NCBI RefSeq assembly: GCF_006345805.1
Contig: NC_043007.1
Location: 41,850,001 to 41,914,000 of the forward strand
DNA: 64,000 nt
Direction: 5' to 3'
Source of the DNA: Octopus sinensis
Taxonomy: Eukaryota
Of this stretch, positions 38,112-50,433 are shown in pieces. Within the stretch, counting starts at the first letter, position 1, and every line of letters begins with the position of its first letter. Under the pieces are notes generated by a model. That model was not told the DNA's origin and ran no database searches. It saw only the letters and a list, made by a program, of their open reading frames with translations. A program made the position numbers and the translations under genes.

Positions 38112-39745
38112 ATGGATGCTTGAAGTCCTTCAACTTGCTAAAGTTCCAGTGAGCATAGTCAAAGCCATAGCTGACCTGATTTCATCATGGGACACCATCT
38201 TGAAATTAAACACAAAGAGTGATTGTATTATTACTATAGAATACAGTATCACAATATTCCAAAGGAACAGCCTCTCTGTGATGTTGTTAATACTTTCTGT
38301 AAAACCCTTGTCATTCATTTTAGGAAGTCTGGAGGATATCTCACTGGTTCACAAGGAAACAGAAATACCAAAACATTTTACAATGACACCTGTAACAAAG
38401 CATGTGTCACTAAAGAGTATTACAGCCAAATAAAGAAAATTTGGACCTCAGAATTCACTGCGTTCACTGAAAAAGTGGTACACAATGTCTTTGCAGTGCC
38501 AGTACATCAATATTTGGGCTGCTTGATTGGACGCTTGATGAGATCCAAGCCATTGATGTGAAAAGCCCAAAAATACTAACAAGCACACATAATTTCCACA
38601 TAAACTTTGATGTAGATTGCTTCCACCTAAAATGAAAACAAGGCAGCAGAGGCTTAACATCAATCCAAAATGCCTTTGAATGTCATATCATATCCCTTCA
38701 GCAACATTTTTTAACCACCAAGTGTTGAAGTGCATCCCTTGACCAAGTTTGCATACATGAGGCTGATAACATCATAAGACTTGGAAGGCAGCTCCTTAAG
38801 CAACATTCTTTGTCTGATAACCTAGAATACATGCCCAACGAAGTTGCACAACTCTACCGCAACATATCATCAGATGAAAGGGTGAGCCTATATGAGCAGA
38901 AGACTATGCATGGATATGTTAGTAGAAAGCTTCAGGATGATAGTAACATCAATCATCAAAGCAGTTTATCATGGACCAATAGCTGGATTACAACCTTTGG
39001 AGGCTATGTGCTTGCAATCCAGGAACAGGAAATATTAACTAAGGACCTGATGCACAAAAGGGATTGAGATGCAGGAAAAGCAGTAAGATGTGACAACAGA
39101 TGCAAACTTCGTGGAGTTAACACCAAAGATATCATCCACATCATAAGCAGTTGTCCAAAAATGTCATCATGATATTATCTACCAATGAGATATGATATTA
39201 TAGCTAGGACACTCTATAATGAAATTCATCAGAAAGATAACCCCAAGGCCAAAGAAATAAAAACTCACAATATGGTAGAAGCCATAGCCACTCATAATAA
39301 AAAGGAGTACTGGTGGAATGTCCCAGTGAAGACCTCAATAAAATGTAAGCACCACAGACCTGATATAATGATTTGAGATAGAGAAGAGAAACTGTACCCA
39401 GTTGTGGAAATTAGCTGCCCAGCAGATGTTAGCATAAAACTGTAAGATCAGTGAAAAAGAGAATACCTATGCTGAACTATTGAGAAATCTGCAGTTACTC
39501 TATTCAGATTACAAGTTCAGCTTTATACCTGTATTGTTGGGGCACTGGGTTATGTAACACACTGCCTAAATACCAATCTTGAGAAATTAGGTTTCTCAAA
39601 ACCAGAAAGGAAAAAGCTAATTCGAAATCTACAGATCTAATCCATCACTGGAACTGTAAAAATCTGTAAAACTTTCCAGCTTATCATTTAAATATATACA
39701 AGCATGCCTAGATATGCAAGTATATGCATGAGAATACATACATAC
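38112..39745 (+). mobile_element. Degenerate RLE-type (R4/NeSL-like) non-LTR retrotransposon
   Basis: RT remnants, C...C...HIISSC zinc knuckle, HRPDIMI*D...VVEISCPAD endonuclease motifs. Many stops; flanked by (CATA)n. Confidence 0.8.
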
Positions 39746-39747
39746 AA

Positions 39748-39901
39748 AATGCGTTTGAATAAACATTGCCAGACTGCAAATAGAGACTCAGACATTGCTT
39801 AGAAAATATTTTTCATTTTTAACTTCATATAAAGGAAGCACTAGGGATTTTGACCTTTAAATTTTGGGGAAAAAATGCGGATTATACTCGAGGATTTACG
39901 G
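39748..39901 (-). mobile_element. Partial copy of the pogo-type MITE at 3175
   Basis: GCGGATTATACTCGAGGATTTACGG-TA terminus. Confidence 0.85.
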
Positions 39902-40270
39902 TAAACAGTTATTTTTTAGTGCTAACATTTTCATCACACTAAATTTTAATACCAAAATTTAACAGTATTTTAGTGTTTTTGAATAGATAATATGTGTCAT
40001 CCAATTTATGTGAGTTTCTGAATGGCTAATCTGTATTTTCCAGTGTTTGCATTTTTGAATGGCTGATATGTGGTCTCCCAGGTTTCGTGTGTTTTTGAAT
40101 GTTTAATGTGTCTCCCAGTTTTTATTTGTTTTTGAATAGCTAATATATGCCTTTCAGTCTTGACAGAAGTCCAATGATTGATACAAGTGAATGAGAAAAA
40201 GATATGTAATCTTCAAACAAATTATTAATTCAGTTCTATATTTAAGAGATGAGGAATTATGTACATTATT

Positions 40271-40379
40271 TACATTATTTACATTATTTACATTCGACAG
40301 ATATTTGTCCTTATCTTGTTTGTGTTAACAACAAGATCAGGACAAATATCCGTCAAATGTAAATAATGTAAATAATGTA
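40271..40379. repeat. ~50-bp-arm hairpin just upstream of the globin exon 2 acceptor
   Basis: TACATTATTTACATTATTTACATTCGACAGATATTTGTCCTTATCTTGTT / AACAAGATCAGGACAAATATCCGTCAAATGTAAATAATGTAAATAATGTA. Confidence 0.88.
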
Positions 40380-40436
40380 ATTTATTAATTTTTTACTGTT
40401 TTTAATATTTCATATTTAAGTCCTCTTGTCTTTCAG

Positions 40437-40671
40437 TTTTTTCCAGTCAGAGTATGACTTGCGTGAATATTTTTCTTCAATATTTCAAATTAACAAAGAA
40501 AAGACCAAGATGCATATGAACCAAGACAAGCTGGAACGCCATGCAATGTTGCTAATGGAAACACTAGGATTTGCAGTCTCCAAATTGGATGAAATCGAAG
40601 ACCTTCGAGATTTCCTTAATGATTTGGGCGGTAAACATTATTGGCGTAAAGTAAAACCTTACATGATTCGG
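40437..40671 (+). CDS. Globin coding exon 2 (B12 to G6; heme pocket)
   Basis: Acceptor TTGTCTTTCAG| (phase 2, completing the AGT Ser codon). FFQSEYDLREYF (CD1 Phe)...KLERHAMLLMETL (E7 His)...LGGKHYW (F8 His)...KPYMIR|GTAAGA (G7.0 donor). Confidence 0.95.
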
Positions 40672-40713
40672 GTAAGAAAGATTAATGTTATCCAAGCAGT
40701 AGATCAAAATTAT

Positions 40714-40800
<87 letters not shown>

Positions 40801-41139
40801 TACACATGCACATACACACACATACACAAACTTATTATATACACATCACCACCACCTTCATCATCACCACTGCTACCGTCATTGTCATTATTATCCTTTT
40901 AACATCCACATTTCCATGCATGCATGAGTCAGATGGAATTCCTGAAGGCAGATTGTCTTTGACTTAATGACCTCCTGCCGTAAGCCCTCATCTATTTTCA
41001 AGCAAGGTAAATCCCACATGAGCAGATACGTTTTTGAGGAAGACTGAGAACAAAGGACTTTGTTTGTATGATGGTGATGCTCATTTATAACTACCCCATG
41101 ATGTAAAACACAAACACATACATACATACATACATATAC

Positions 41140-41370
41140 AGATACATATATATATAGTTAATCCAAACAAGAAAACACAAAAAACACAACAACACGAGGA
41201 CGTGGAACAAATATAGTATTATTGGATGCTCAGGAAAGAAGGGAAGAAGTAGGGTTTAACGTTTCGAGTGGAGCTCTTCGTCGGAAACATAGGAGAAGGA
41301 AAGATCCAGAGAAGGGAAGACAGAGGAAAAAAAATCGCCAACGGTACACACTAGGTCACATTTTGAAAGA
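41140..41370 (-). mobile_element. Short ORF-less hammerhead-bearing repeat (solo pLTR-like)
   Basis: Motif at 41254-41288: GTTT-CCGACGA-A-GAGC-TCC-ACTC-GAAA-CG-TT-AAAC. Ends in (TA)n. Closely similar to 47930-48130. Confidence 0.75.
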
Positions 41371-41418
41371 CCGGAAGTAGAAAGCATATATATATGTGTG
41401 TGTGTGTGTGTCTGTGTA

Positions 41419-41457
<39 letters not shown>

Positions 41458-41459
41458 CA

Positions 41460-41900
41460 TCATCATCATCATTTAACATCTGCTTTCCATGCTGGCATGG
41501 GTTGGACAGTTTGACTGAGAACTGGCAAGCCAGATGGCTGCACCAGGCTCCAATCTTGATCTGGCAGAGTTTCTACAGCTGGATGTCCTTCCTAAGGCCA
41601 ACTACTCCGAGAGTGTAGTGGGTGCTTTTACATACCACCGGCACAAGGGTGTTTTTATGTGCCACCTGCACAGGAGCCAGTCCAGGCAACAACCTCGCTT
41701 GTATGTTGTTTTTCACATGCCACCGGCACAAGTGCCAGTAAGGCGACGCTGGTAACAATCATGCTTGAATGGTGCTTTTTACGTGCCACCGGCACGGGAG
41801 CCAGTCAACAGCCCTGGCAACAATCACGCTCAGATGGTGCTCTTAGCATTCCACTTGCATGGATGCCAGTCATGTGGTGCTGTCATCGGCCACGTCAGTG
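41460..41900 (-). mobile_element. (GAT)n-tailed SINE with upstream ~60-bp tandem subrepeats
   Basis: Reverse complement of the 50434 family, with several CATGCCACCGGCAC subrepeats. Confidence 0.8.
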
Positions 41901-41976
41901 AATTTGATTTCGATTTCAATTTGAATAATGTAAATAATGTAAATATATATGTATATATATATATATATATATGTGT

Positions 41977-42032
<56 letters not shown>

Positions 42033-42054
42033 AATATAAATTAGAAAAAAACCA

Positions 42055-42420
42055 CCTTAGAAGTTTGCTTACCAATTACATGGTTCTGGGTTCAGTCCTC
42101 TGTGTGGCACCTTGGGAAAGAGTCTTCTGCTATAGCCTTGTGAATTGAAAGAAGCCTGTCATGCGTGTGTATGTGTGTGTGTGTATGTTATGTGTGTGTG
42201 TGTCTTTGTGTATATGTTTGTTCCCTACCACCACTTGACAACCAGTGTCGATGTGTTTACATACCTGTAACTTAGCAGTTCGACAAATGAGACCGATAGA
42301 ATAAGTACCTGGCTTTATAAAAAGGTAATCAGTACTAGCGTTGATAAGTTTGATTAAAATTCTTCAAGGTGGTGCCCCAGCATGGCCACAGTCTAATGAC
42401 TGAAACAAATAAAAGATAAA
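42055..42420 (+). mobile_element. Composite tRNA-SINE with internal microsatellite
   Basis: Same head-(TG)n-body layout as 55590 and 57080. Confidence 0.75.
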
Positions 42421-43514
42421 AGATATGCCCGAGGGGTGAAGAACTCATCCAAAATTCTTGATGTTTCTGACACATCATTTTATTGTACAACTTAGTGTAA
42501 TAACTGAATTCATTGTAAACTTCTCTTGCAAATTTTATGTTGCATTCACAATTTGAGTTGTTGTAAGCAAAACTTGCTGACCTTCCTCAACAAGTTCAAA
42601 CACTGTAGTAATATTCATTGCAATGAAATTAAGTGGAGTTGGTGGAATTTCCATATTCTTCACTTGCTTTTATTCTGATAGCATTAGTTCCTTGTAAGTT
42701 AAACTTTCCCTATGAAACATTACCAACTCAAATACATCATCTTATATGACTTATTCAAACCTCGCATCATTTTACAAGTGTCATAATAGTTTTCCTGATG
42801 TCATGTAGACTTTCTCATTTTTGGAAAACTTGCAAAATCATGAATGCTGTTTTGCCATATATTTTCCAAGAGTCATAACATACACACATCACACACACAC
42901 ACACACACACACATGCATGATGGGCTTCATTCAGTTTCTGTCTACCAAATCAATCCACAAGGCTATTGTAGAAGATACTTTCCCAAGGTGCCACATAGAG
43001 GATTGAACACAGAACCATGTAGTTGGTAAGCAAACTTCTGACCACACAGCCATGACTCTGCCTTATAGTTGATGAAGATGAACTATAAGATGGAATATCC
43101 TCATCCTTCTACTAAGTTTCATTCCACTACAATCATTCTTCAATTGTAGTCAATGTCTTTTGTGAGAAGAACATACCTTATTATGATATTATAATTTTTA
43201 TTTATTCCCCATCATATTTCACTTCAAATATTGTCATGTAGACATATTACATTGTGTATGTTATTTTCAATTCCATGCATGAAAGTGGTTGCTTTGCTTT
43301 TATTGCTATTCTACTGTTATTTTTGCTGGTTTTTTTGTTTGTTTTTTGGGGTGTTTTTTTGAGAAATCTATTAGAATAATTTTCAAACACGAAAATTACT
43401 GGAGACATTAATTTCATGTTATGTCAGGTTTTCCAAGCATGCATTACACAACAGTGTGTGTGTGCATGTGCATGCATCTGTGTGTATCTGTGTGTGTAAA
43501 TATGTGTATATATA

Positions 43515-43835
43515 TATAGGCTCAGGAGTGACAATGTGTTAAGAAGCTTGCTTACGAACCACATGGTTCCAGGTTCAGTCCCACTGCATGTTTACTTGGG
43601 CAAGTGCCTTCTGCTATAGTCTCAGGCCAACCAAAGCCTTGTGAGTAGATCTGGTAGGTGAAAACTGAAAAAAGCCTGTCGTATATATGTGTGTGTGTGT
43701 ACTTATATATATATGTATATGTGTGTGTGTATATGTTTGTGTGTCTGTGTTTGTTCCCCCTACATTGCTTGACAACTGATGCTGGTGTGTTGACATTCCT
43801 GTAAACTTGCATTTCGGCAAAAGAGACTGATAGGA
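43515..43835 (+). mobile_element. Composite tRNA-SINE, 3' truncated
   Basis: GGCTCAGGAGTG...CCACATGGTTCCAGGTTCAGTCCCACTG...TTGGGCAAGTGCCTT-(TA/TG)n-body. Confidence 0.8.
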
Positions 43836-44289
43836 GAGGAGAGATTTAAATTTTAAAATGGAAAACAAATTGACAGTTCAGTAGTATACTTTGACGCTAC
43901 AACTAGACAGGAGCCATCTATCAATTAGGAGACATAAGTCTTTCCACTCTTAAGGACCATCATAAAAGTAAGCAGGTGGTAGTGGTGGAGGAAGAGTAGT
44001 GAAACAATATATTGCATATGTGTATCATATTACACATTCTACAATAATGGAACAAGAGAGATAAGAACATGGCTGAGTACGGTTTGGAGTCAACACACAC
44101 ACACACACACACACATAAACAATTCCATGTATACTTATACATGTGTGTGTATAGTAGTAGTTGGCTGCATCTCATGTTTCTGAGCTTACAACCCAGTTCA
44201 TTTTCCTGGATGTTTGAACTGCAGATGGCTCCACAATCCAAGGGTTGCATGAAACATATGGGGGCATTGTGAACAAGGGATAGAAGGTG

Positions 44290-44676
44290 CTAGTTTGGGA
44301 AGGAGAAGGCACTGCTCTCTCTCCCATCTCTTGAGTTCAGCTCTTGTGACTTGAGCTTTCTCGAAGTCCGCAGAACCCGTTTTGATGGTGTGTCTCCAGA
44401 GGGGTCTGTTTGCTGAGGTATCTTCTCAGTGTGCAAGGTTGATGTTGATGCTTTTCAGGGTTGATTTGAGTTGGTCCTTGTACCGCCTCAAGAGGGCTTC
44501 ACGAGGACGTTTTCCTTCAGACAGTTCACTGTAGAGACAGATCTTGGGAAGGCAACGTTCATTCATCCGACGGATGTGACCTGACCATTGGAGTTGATAT
44601 TCAATGATCAAGGCTTCGATGCTCAGGAGACCTGATCTTTCAAGCACAGAGTTGTTGGTGATGCAATCTTCCTAGT
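44290..44676 (-). mobile_element. RTE-clade LINE 3' fragment
   Basis: VLERSGLLSIEALIIEYQLQWSGHIRRMNERCLPKICLYSELSEGKRP...RRYKDQLKSTLK, the RTE/BovB-type C-terminal W.GH..RM...PK..LY.EL..GKR motif. Confidence 0.85.
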
Positions 44677-44691
44677 TGTGTGTGTATATAC

Positions 44692-44722
<31 letters not shown>

Positions 44723-44833
44723 CATACATATATTTACACATACACACAGTCACACACAATATATATGCATATGTATATAAAAAACATATATACACAAAAG
44801 TACTACATATTCATGGATACTGACATCTATCTA

Positions 44834-44867
<34 letters not shown>

Positions 44868-44868
<1 letters not shown>

Positions 44869-46354
44869 TAGCATTATGACCCGGTGTTGCCAGGTCATAG
44901 TGCTAGTTTGGTATAAATTTGTTAAATGTAGATATGTGAGAATAAAACATACAATGACATATTAAAAAGACGAATTATGATTCCAGAGAAAAATACATAG
45001 AAGATAAATATACAAATTTACAAAAATACATAAAAGTTCATCTACGGGCCGTTTCGGAAATGCATCAATTGATATGAAACATATTATATATTTAAAATTG
45101 ACACCCCCCTCGTCAGGATGTTTTTTACACAATTACATACCTGCTACATGCGAAAGACCAGACATTATGTACTCCCAAAAATTCTCCTAGATACTGAATG
45201 CTACTTTATAAGCATATAATTCAATCTAGCAGCTATAGTAAATGGTATGAGCACATGTCCATCTGGACTAATTCACTTCTGCACTCAATTAAATTTTTCA
45301 TCTTTTAATTTCTCCCATTCATGCAAAGCCACATATTCGAGTTCAAGTCCTTGATACATTTTATACTAATTGCTATTTTTTCTTTTAATTGTTATATAAC
45401 GATTTAAATACCATTTTGATAAAATAAAATATATTTAATTACTACTTACTATATTTACTATATTTAATTCAATTGTTATTATTACCTTTAACTTTTATTG
45501 CAATTTTTATTTCTAAATTTCTTATGGAACGTCAAGTGGATCTTATGCATACAATATATTTTTATATGATATTTATATATTTATATATTACTATATATTT
45601 CTAAATGTCGGGTTTTATGTCTGTTCTGTAGATATAAATGAATATATGAATATATGTATGTGTTTGATCTTTCTGTGGATTTTGTAGTGCTTTTGTAGTT
45701 GCTGCTCGCATTGCCTCCCCTCGGATTAAAAAGTGTATACAGCTCATTTGAGCACTACTGTTCCAGTCTGTTATATATTTTGAGCATTGTTGTCACTAAC
45801 GATCTCAAAATATAACTTTATATTTTGTAATATATATATATATATACATCAAAAGAAAAACAGGATGCAAAGGATTTAGCGGTACATATGTTTCTGGCTT
45901 TATTGGACAGTTTATATCAATGCATAATTGATGTAACATGTATGTCAATAGCCTTCTTCAGCCGCGCACAATTACCACACCAAAGACATGTATTACATTA
46001 TAGACATATACATCCATATACATACAATAGAGAGATGTTTTTGTTTCACTTTTAACACGTAATACTTAAACAGTGGAGAAGATATGACACTGCTGTGGGC
46101 TCGCTCTAGGCAAGAAGTTAAACATTTTTTTGCCCATGATACTACATGGACCCTAAGTAAGGCATGTGTAAAATTTGAATGAAACTGGTTCTGTAGTTCT
46201 AAAGTTTTAGGGAATCAAAGTGGAGAAGATATGATATTACTGTGGGCTCGCCCTAGGCAAAAAGTTTGCTGATGACACTCCCCGGACCCTAGGTAAGGCA
46301 TGTGTGAAATTTGAAGGAAATTGGTTGCGTAGTTATCAAGATTTAGGGAAACAC

Positions 46355-46389
<35 letters not shown>

Positions 46390-46417
46390 CACATTCTCAG
46401 TTTTATATATAGAGAGA
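44868..46417 (-). mobile_element. Non-autonomous Helitron (~1.55 kb, DINE-1/HINE-like layout)
   Basis: 5' A|TCTCTCTATATATAAAACTGAG followed by (GTCT)n. Internal ~150-bp tandem duplication (46062-46330). 3' palindrome GACCTGG-CAACA-CCGGGTC then CTAG|T. Confidence 0.8.
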
Positions 46418-46443
46418 TATACATGTGTGAGTGTGTATGTGTG

Positions 46444-46494
<51 letters not shown>

Positions 46495-46753
46495 TGACAA
46501 GTTTCTTGTAGGTGCCTCTAGTGTGGAAGCAATATTATTGATAATGGCTTGATCCCCTGGCCAATAACTGATGAAAAACTGGTGACCTTCTGTGTTTTCT
46601 GTCTGTCTGTGTATTTAGTATATGTTCATTTGTTTATTTAATACAATTTTCTTTTTTTAATTATAGTATTGGTAGGTCATATTTTCCATTTGTTGTCTTT
46701 TTATTTAATCCTGAAAATATTATTTATGTGACGCATTGCACTCCTTAATCTTT

Positions 46754-46798
<45 letters not shown>

Positions 46799-46961
46799 AT
46801 ATATATATACATATACTATATATTATATATATATATATATATATATTTATAAACAAGAAGGGTAGTATATTTATTTACTACCAGGTGCCAGCACAAAAGA
46901 CGAATTAGTCATAAGACAAAAATATTATTCATATAGAAAAATCTATTCATGTAGTTATACA

Positions 46962-47296
46962 ATTAAGGGCTCCTAAATAAAGATCGAGTGCTGGGAACAC
47001 CAAAAAGGGGATGAATTTATCGAGAGTGAAAATCAAAAACGTTACCGATAACTTTAACAACTCGTACCGCGGTTTCTGCTTCTTTCTAGCAAAACACAGA
47101 ATGTTGCTAAGGCCAGCTCATCAGCGAGTCGCTGGAAGCTGGCCTTAGCAAACATATTCTGTGTTTGCTAGAAAGAAGCAGACCGCGGTACGAGTTGTAT
47201 TAAAGTTATCGGTAAACGTTTTGATTTTACTATCGATAACTTCTCCCCTTTTGTGTTCCCAGCACTCGGCATCTTATTTAGGAGCCCTTAATGTAT
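46962..47296. repeat. ~155-bp-arm foldback hairpin containing a hammerhead
   Basis: ATACAATTAAGGGCTCCTAAATAA...TTGCTAAGGCCAGC mirrored by GCTGGCCTTAGCAA...TTATTTAGGAGCCCTTAATGTAT. Flanked by TA-rich tracts. Confidence 0.92.
47059..47130 (-). ncRNA. Type I hammerhead ribozyme with canonical core
   Basis: GACTCG-CTGATGA-GCT..TAGCAA..TTGCTA..AGC-A-GAAA-CCGCGG-TA-CGAGTT: 6-bp stem I, palindromic stem III, GUA cleavage site. Confidence 0.78.
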
Positions 47297-47366
47297 ATAT
47301 ATATTATATATATATACATATATATATATTATATATATATATATATTATATATATATATAATATGA

Positions 47367-47411
<45 letters not shown>

Positions 47412-47454
47412 GATATATATATATATATATAATATATCATATATATATAATATT

Positions 47455-47812
47455 AAGAGCACCATCCGAGCGTGATCGTTGTCAGAGCGGCTAACTGGCT
47501 TCCATGCCGGTGACATGTAAAAGGCACCATTTGAGCGTGATCGCTACCAGCATCGCCTTACTGACACTTGTGCCGTTGGCATGTGTAAAAAAAATTTGAC
47601 CGAGGTCCTTGCCAGTACCACCTGACTAGCCCTTGTGATGGTGGCACGTAAAAACACTCACTACACTCTCGGAGTGGTTCGCGTTAGGAACGGCATCCAG
47701 CTGTAGAAACTCTGCCAGATCAAGATTGGAACCTTGGTGCAGCCATCTGGTTCGCCAGCCCTCAGTCAAATCGTCCAACCCATGCTAGCATGGAAAGAGG
47801 ACGTTAAACGAT
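47455..47812 (+). mobile_element. (GAT)n-tailed SINE with tandem subrepeats
   Basis: Family motif GCGTTAGGAACGGCATCCAGCTGTAGAAAC and a (GAT)n tail. Confidence 0.8.
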
Positions 47813-47816
47813 GATA

Positions 47817-47847
<31 letters not shown>

Positions 47848-47929
47848 GAGGGAGGGAGGAAAGAGGGAGGGAGAGATACATATATACATACATAAATATA
47901 TATGTATGTATATATATATATATAGTTAA

Positions 47930-48130
47930 TCCAAACATGAAAACACAAAGAGAAAACACAACAACACGAGGACGTGGAACAAATATAGTATTATTGGATG
48001 CTCAGGAAGGAAGGGAAGAAGGAGGGTTTTACGTTTCGAGCGGAGCTCTTTGTCAGAAACATAGGAAAAGGAAAGATCTAGAGAAGGGAAGACGGAGGAA
48101 AAAAAATCACCAACAGTACACACGCGATCA
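47930..48130 (-). mobile_element. Short ORF-less hammerhead-bearing repeat
   Basis: Motif at 48026-48060: GTTT-CTGACAA-A-GAGC-TCC-GCTC-GAAA-CG-TA-AAAC (G8 mutated to A). Confidence 0.75.
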
Positions 48131-48373
48131 CATATATATATACACACACACACACTTACACACAAGGACATATAATATATATGTATATATACATCTACCA
48201 GATCCATTTATCATCTATTTATAAAAATCTATTTATAGAAAATTAAATAAAGGACAAGACAATAAGAAGTTATGTCATGAACTTTATTAGCTTACAGCTG
48301 TCTCTGTGATAAAATACAATGCACTCATAGTTGAGTGCTTGTGCATCACCCTTTAGCTCCAAAAGAGCTTCAA

Positions 48374-48415
<42 letters not shown>

Positions 48416-49211
48416 TCTATCTACCAAGTCCACTCATAAAACAAGTCTTTGGTCAACCTTAGGCTATGATAGAAGATATTTGCTGAAGATGCTGTACAGC
48501 AAGACAGAACTCAAGATCACAGGATTAGGAAGTAGTCTTTTTAACCACACACCCATGCCTGCATTCAAAATTCAATTATTTTGTTAAATATACATCCTGG
48601 GATAAGACACCTGAGTGCAATTAGAAATCAAAATGTTTGAGTTGTAAATGTAAATATTTTAATTTTCTTCATCTAAGATAAGATAAATTGGTTGAATAGT
48701 AACAGTTTATGCCTAATTTCAGTTATATATAAACATAACACTTCAATGAGGATATTAGATATCGTAGCCATTAAAACCTCTTTATAAAATTAGACAATAT
48801 AACATTATGTGGACTCATTAAGTTTCTGGTTTTCTGCATTCATCAGATAACCAATGAGAATTGCATGCATTAAGTACATTGTTATTATAATTTCCGTTTT
48901 TGTTTTATTTTCTATAAATGGATGATACCACAAATAATGACACATATAAATGTGTCTCATAATCGAGAGTATCTATGTGTCATCTGAATGAATGAATGAA
49001 CTACTCAAAAACCCCAGAATAATGAAAGAATGAAACAGCAGCTTCGGAATTAATAAGCTTTACGCTAAGTAGTGGATTCCCCATCTCCTAAATATATTTA
49101 TCCCTTTAGCATTTAAACTGGCTATATCCGGCCCAAATATTCTATTCTATATCCGGCCCAAATATATGTTCAAATTGACTGGATCTAGCCTCTCACGCCT
49201 ACATATCAATC

Positions 49212-49421
49212 ACTCTTTTACTCTTTTACTTGTTTCAGTCATTTGACTGCGGCCATGCTGGAGCACCGCCTTTAGTCGAGCAAATCAACCCCAGGACTTA
49301 TTCCTTGTAAGCCTAGTACTTATTCTATCAGTCTCTTTTGCTGAACCGCTAAGTTACGGAGACATGAACACACCAGCATCGGTTGTCAAGCAATGCTAGG
49401 GGGACAAACACAGACACACAA

Positions 49422-49452
<31 letters not shown>

Positions 49453-49624
49453 CATATATACGACAGACTTCTTTCAGTTTCCATCTACCAAATCCACTCA
49501 CAAGGCATTGGTCGGCCTGAGGCTATAGTAGAAGACACTTGCCCAAAGTGCCACGCAGTGGGCCTGAACCCGGAACCATGTGGTTGGTAAGCAAGCTACT
49601 TACCACACAGCCACTCCTGCGCCT
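49212..49624 (-). mobile_element. Full-length composite tRNA-SINE
   Basis: Reverse complement of 57080-57478, including the (GTAAAAGA) tail. Confidence 0.9.
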
Positions 49625-50002
49625 AAAAAGAAATGATCACATCATCAAAATCTCAAAGCAACATGTGAATGCATGATTAATTCAAAACAATGAGAATAGA
49701 TAAGCATCACATTTTGACAGATTAATCTGAATGCTAGAGGCTTAAACACGCACACACACACACACACACACACATGATGTGTGTATGAGAGGGTGATGAA
49801 AAGTTCCTGGCTTTGGGTAAAAGGAAGATCAGTCAATTATGATTTTATTCAACATATTCCCCTCCCAGATTCACACATTTATTGCAGCAGTCCTTCAGTT
49901 TTTCTAAGCCCCGTAAAAGAACTCAGAAGGTTGAGCCTCCAGCCAGGCCTTTCATGATACCCTTAAAGCTAGGAGCTTTTCAGCACACTCTCATATGTAA
50001 AT

Positions 50003-50046
<44 letters not shown>

Positions 50047-50049
50047 ATA

Positions 50050-50389
50050 TAAAATAGAAAAAACCTTTTAAATCAAAATGAACAATTAAATTACACCATC
50101 AAGAAAATAACATATATAGAAATATTAAAATTAAAATAACAATAATTAATTTCTGGAATCTCTTTCTTGAATTTTATTTTATTGGTATTTTATTGTTATT
50201 TTAATTTTAATAGTTCTATTATATGTAATTTTCTAGATGGTGTAATTTAATTGTTCATTTTGAATTGATAAAAGGTCATTTTTTCTAATTTTTATATAAT
50301 ATATTATATTGTGTGAAATTTGATTTAGTATTTCTAACTTGAATTTTTTCCCTGTAAGTTAGGATTAATATTCCCTCAAATAATTATAT

Positions 50390-50390
<1 letters not shown>
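50050..50390. repeat. AT-rich foldback repeat, related to 55194-55475
   Basis: AAAATGAACAATTAAATTACACCATC / GATGGTGTAATTTAATTGTTCATTTT arms. The tail TGTGAAATTTGATTTA...TTCCCTGTAAGTT is shared with 55411-55460. Confidence 0.7.
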
Positions 50391-50424
<34 letters not shown>

Positions 50425-50433
50425 GTATATATA

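Noticed and set aside
45130-45170. Minus-strand SFACSR resembling the Helitron helicase YVACSR motif
   Set aside because: Only four residues match and the flanks are unrelated; probably chance.
46560-46595. CTGATGA at 46568 followed by AAAACTGGTG
   Set aside because: No stem II or cleavage triplet. At most a deleted remnant.
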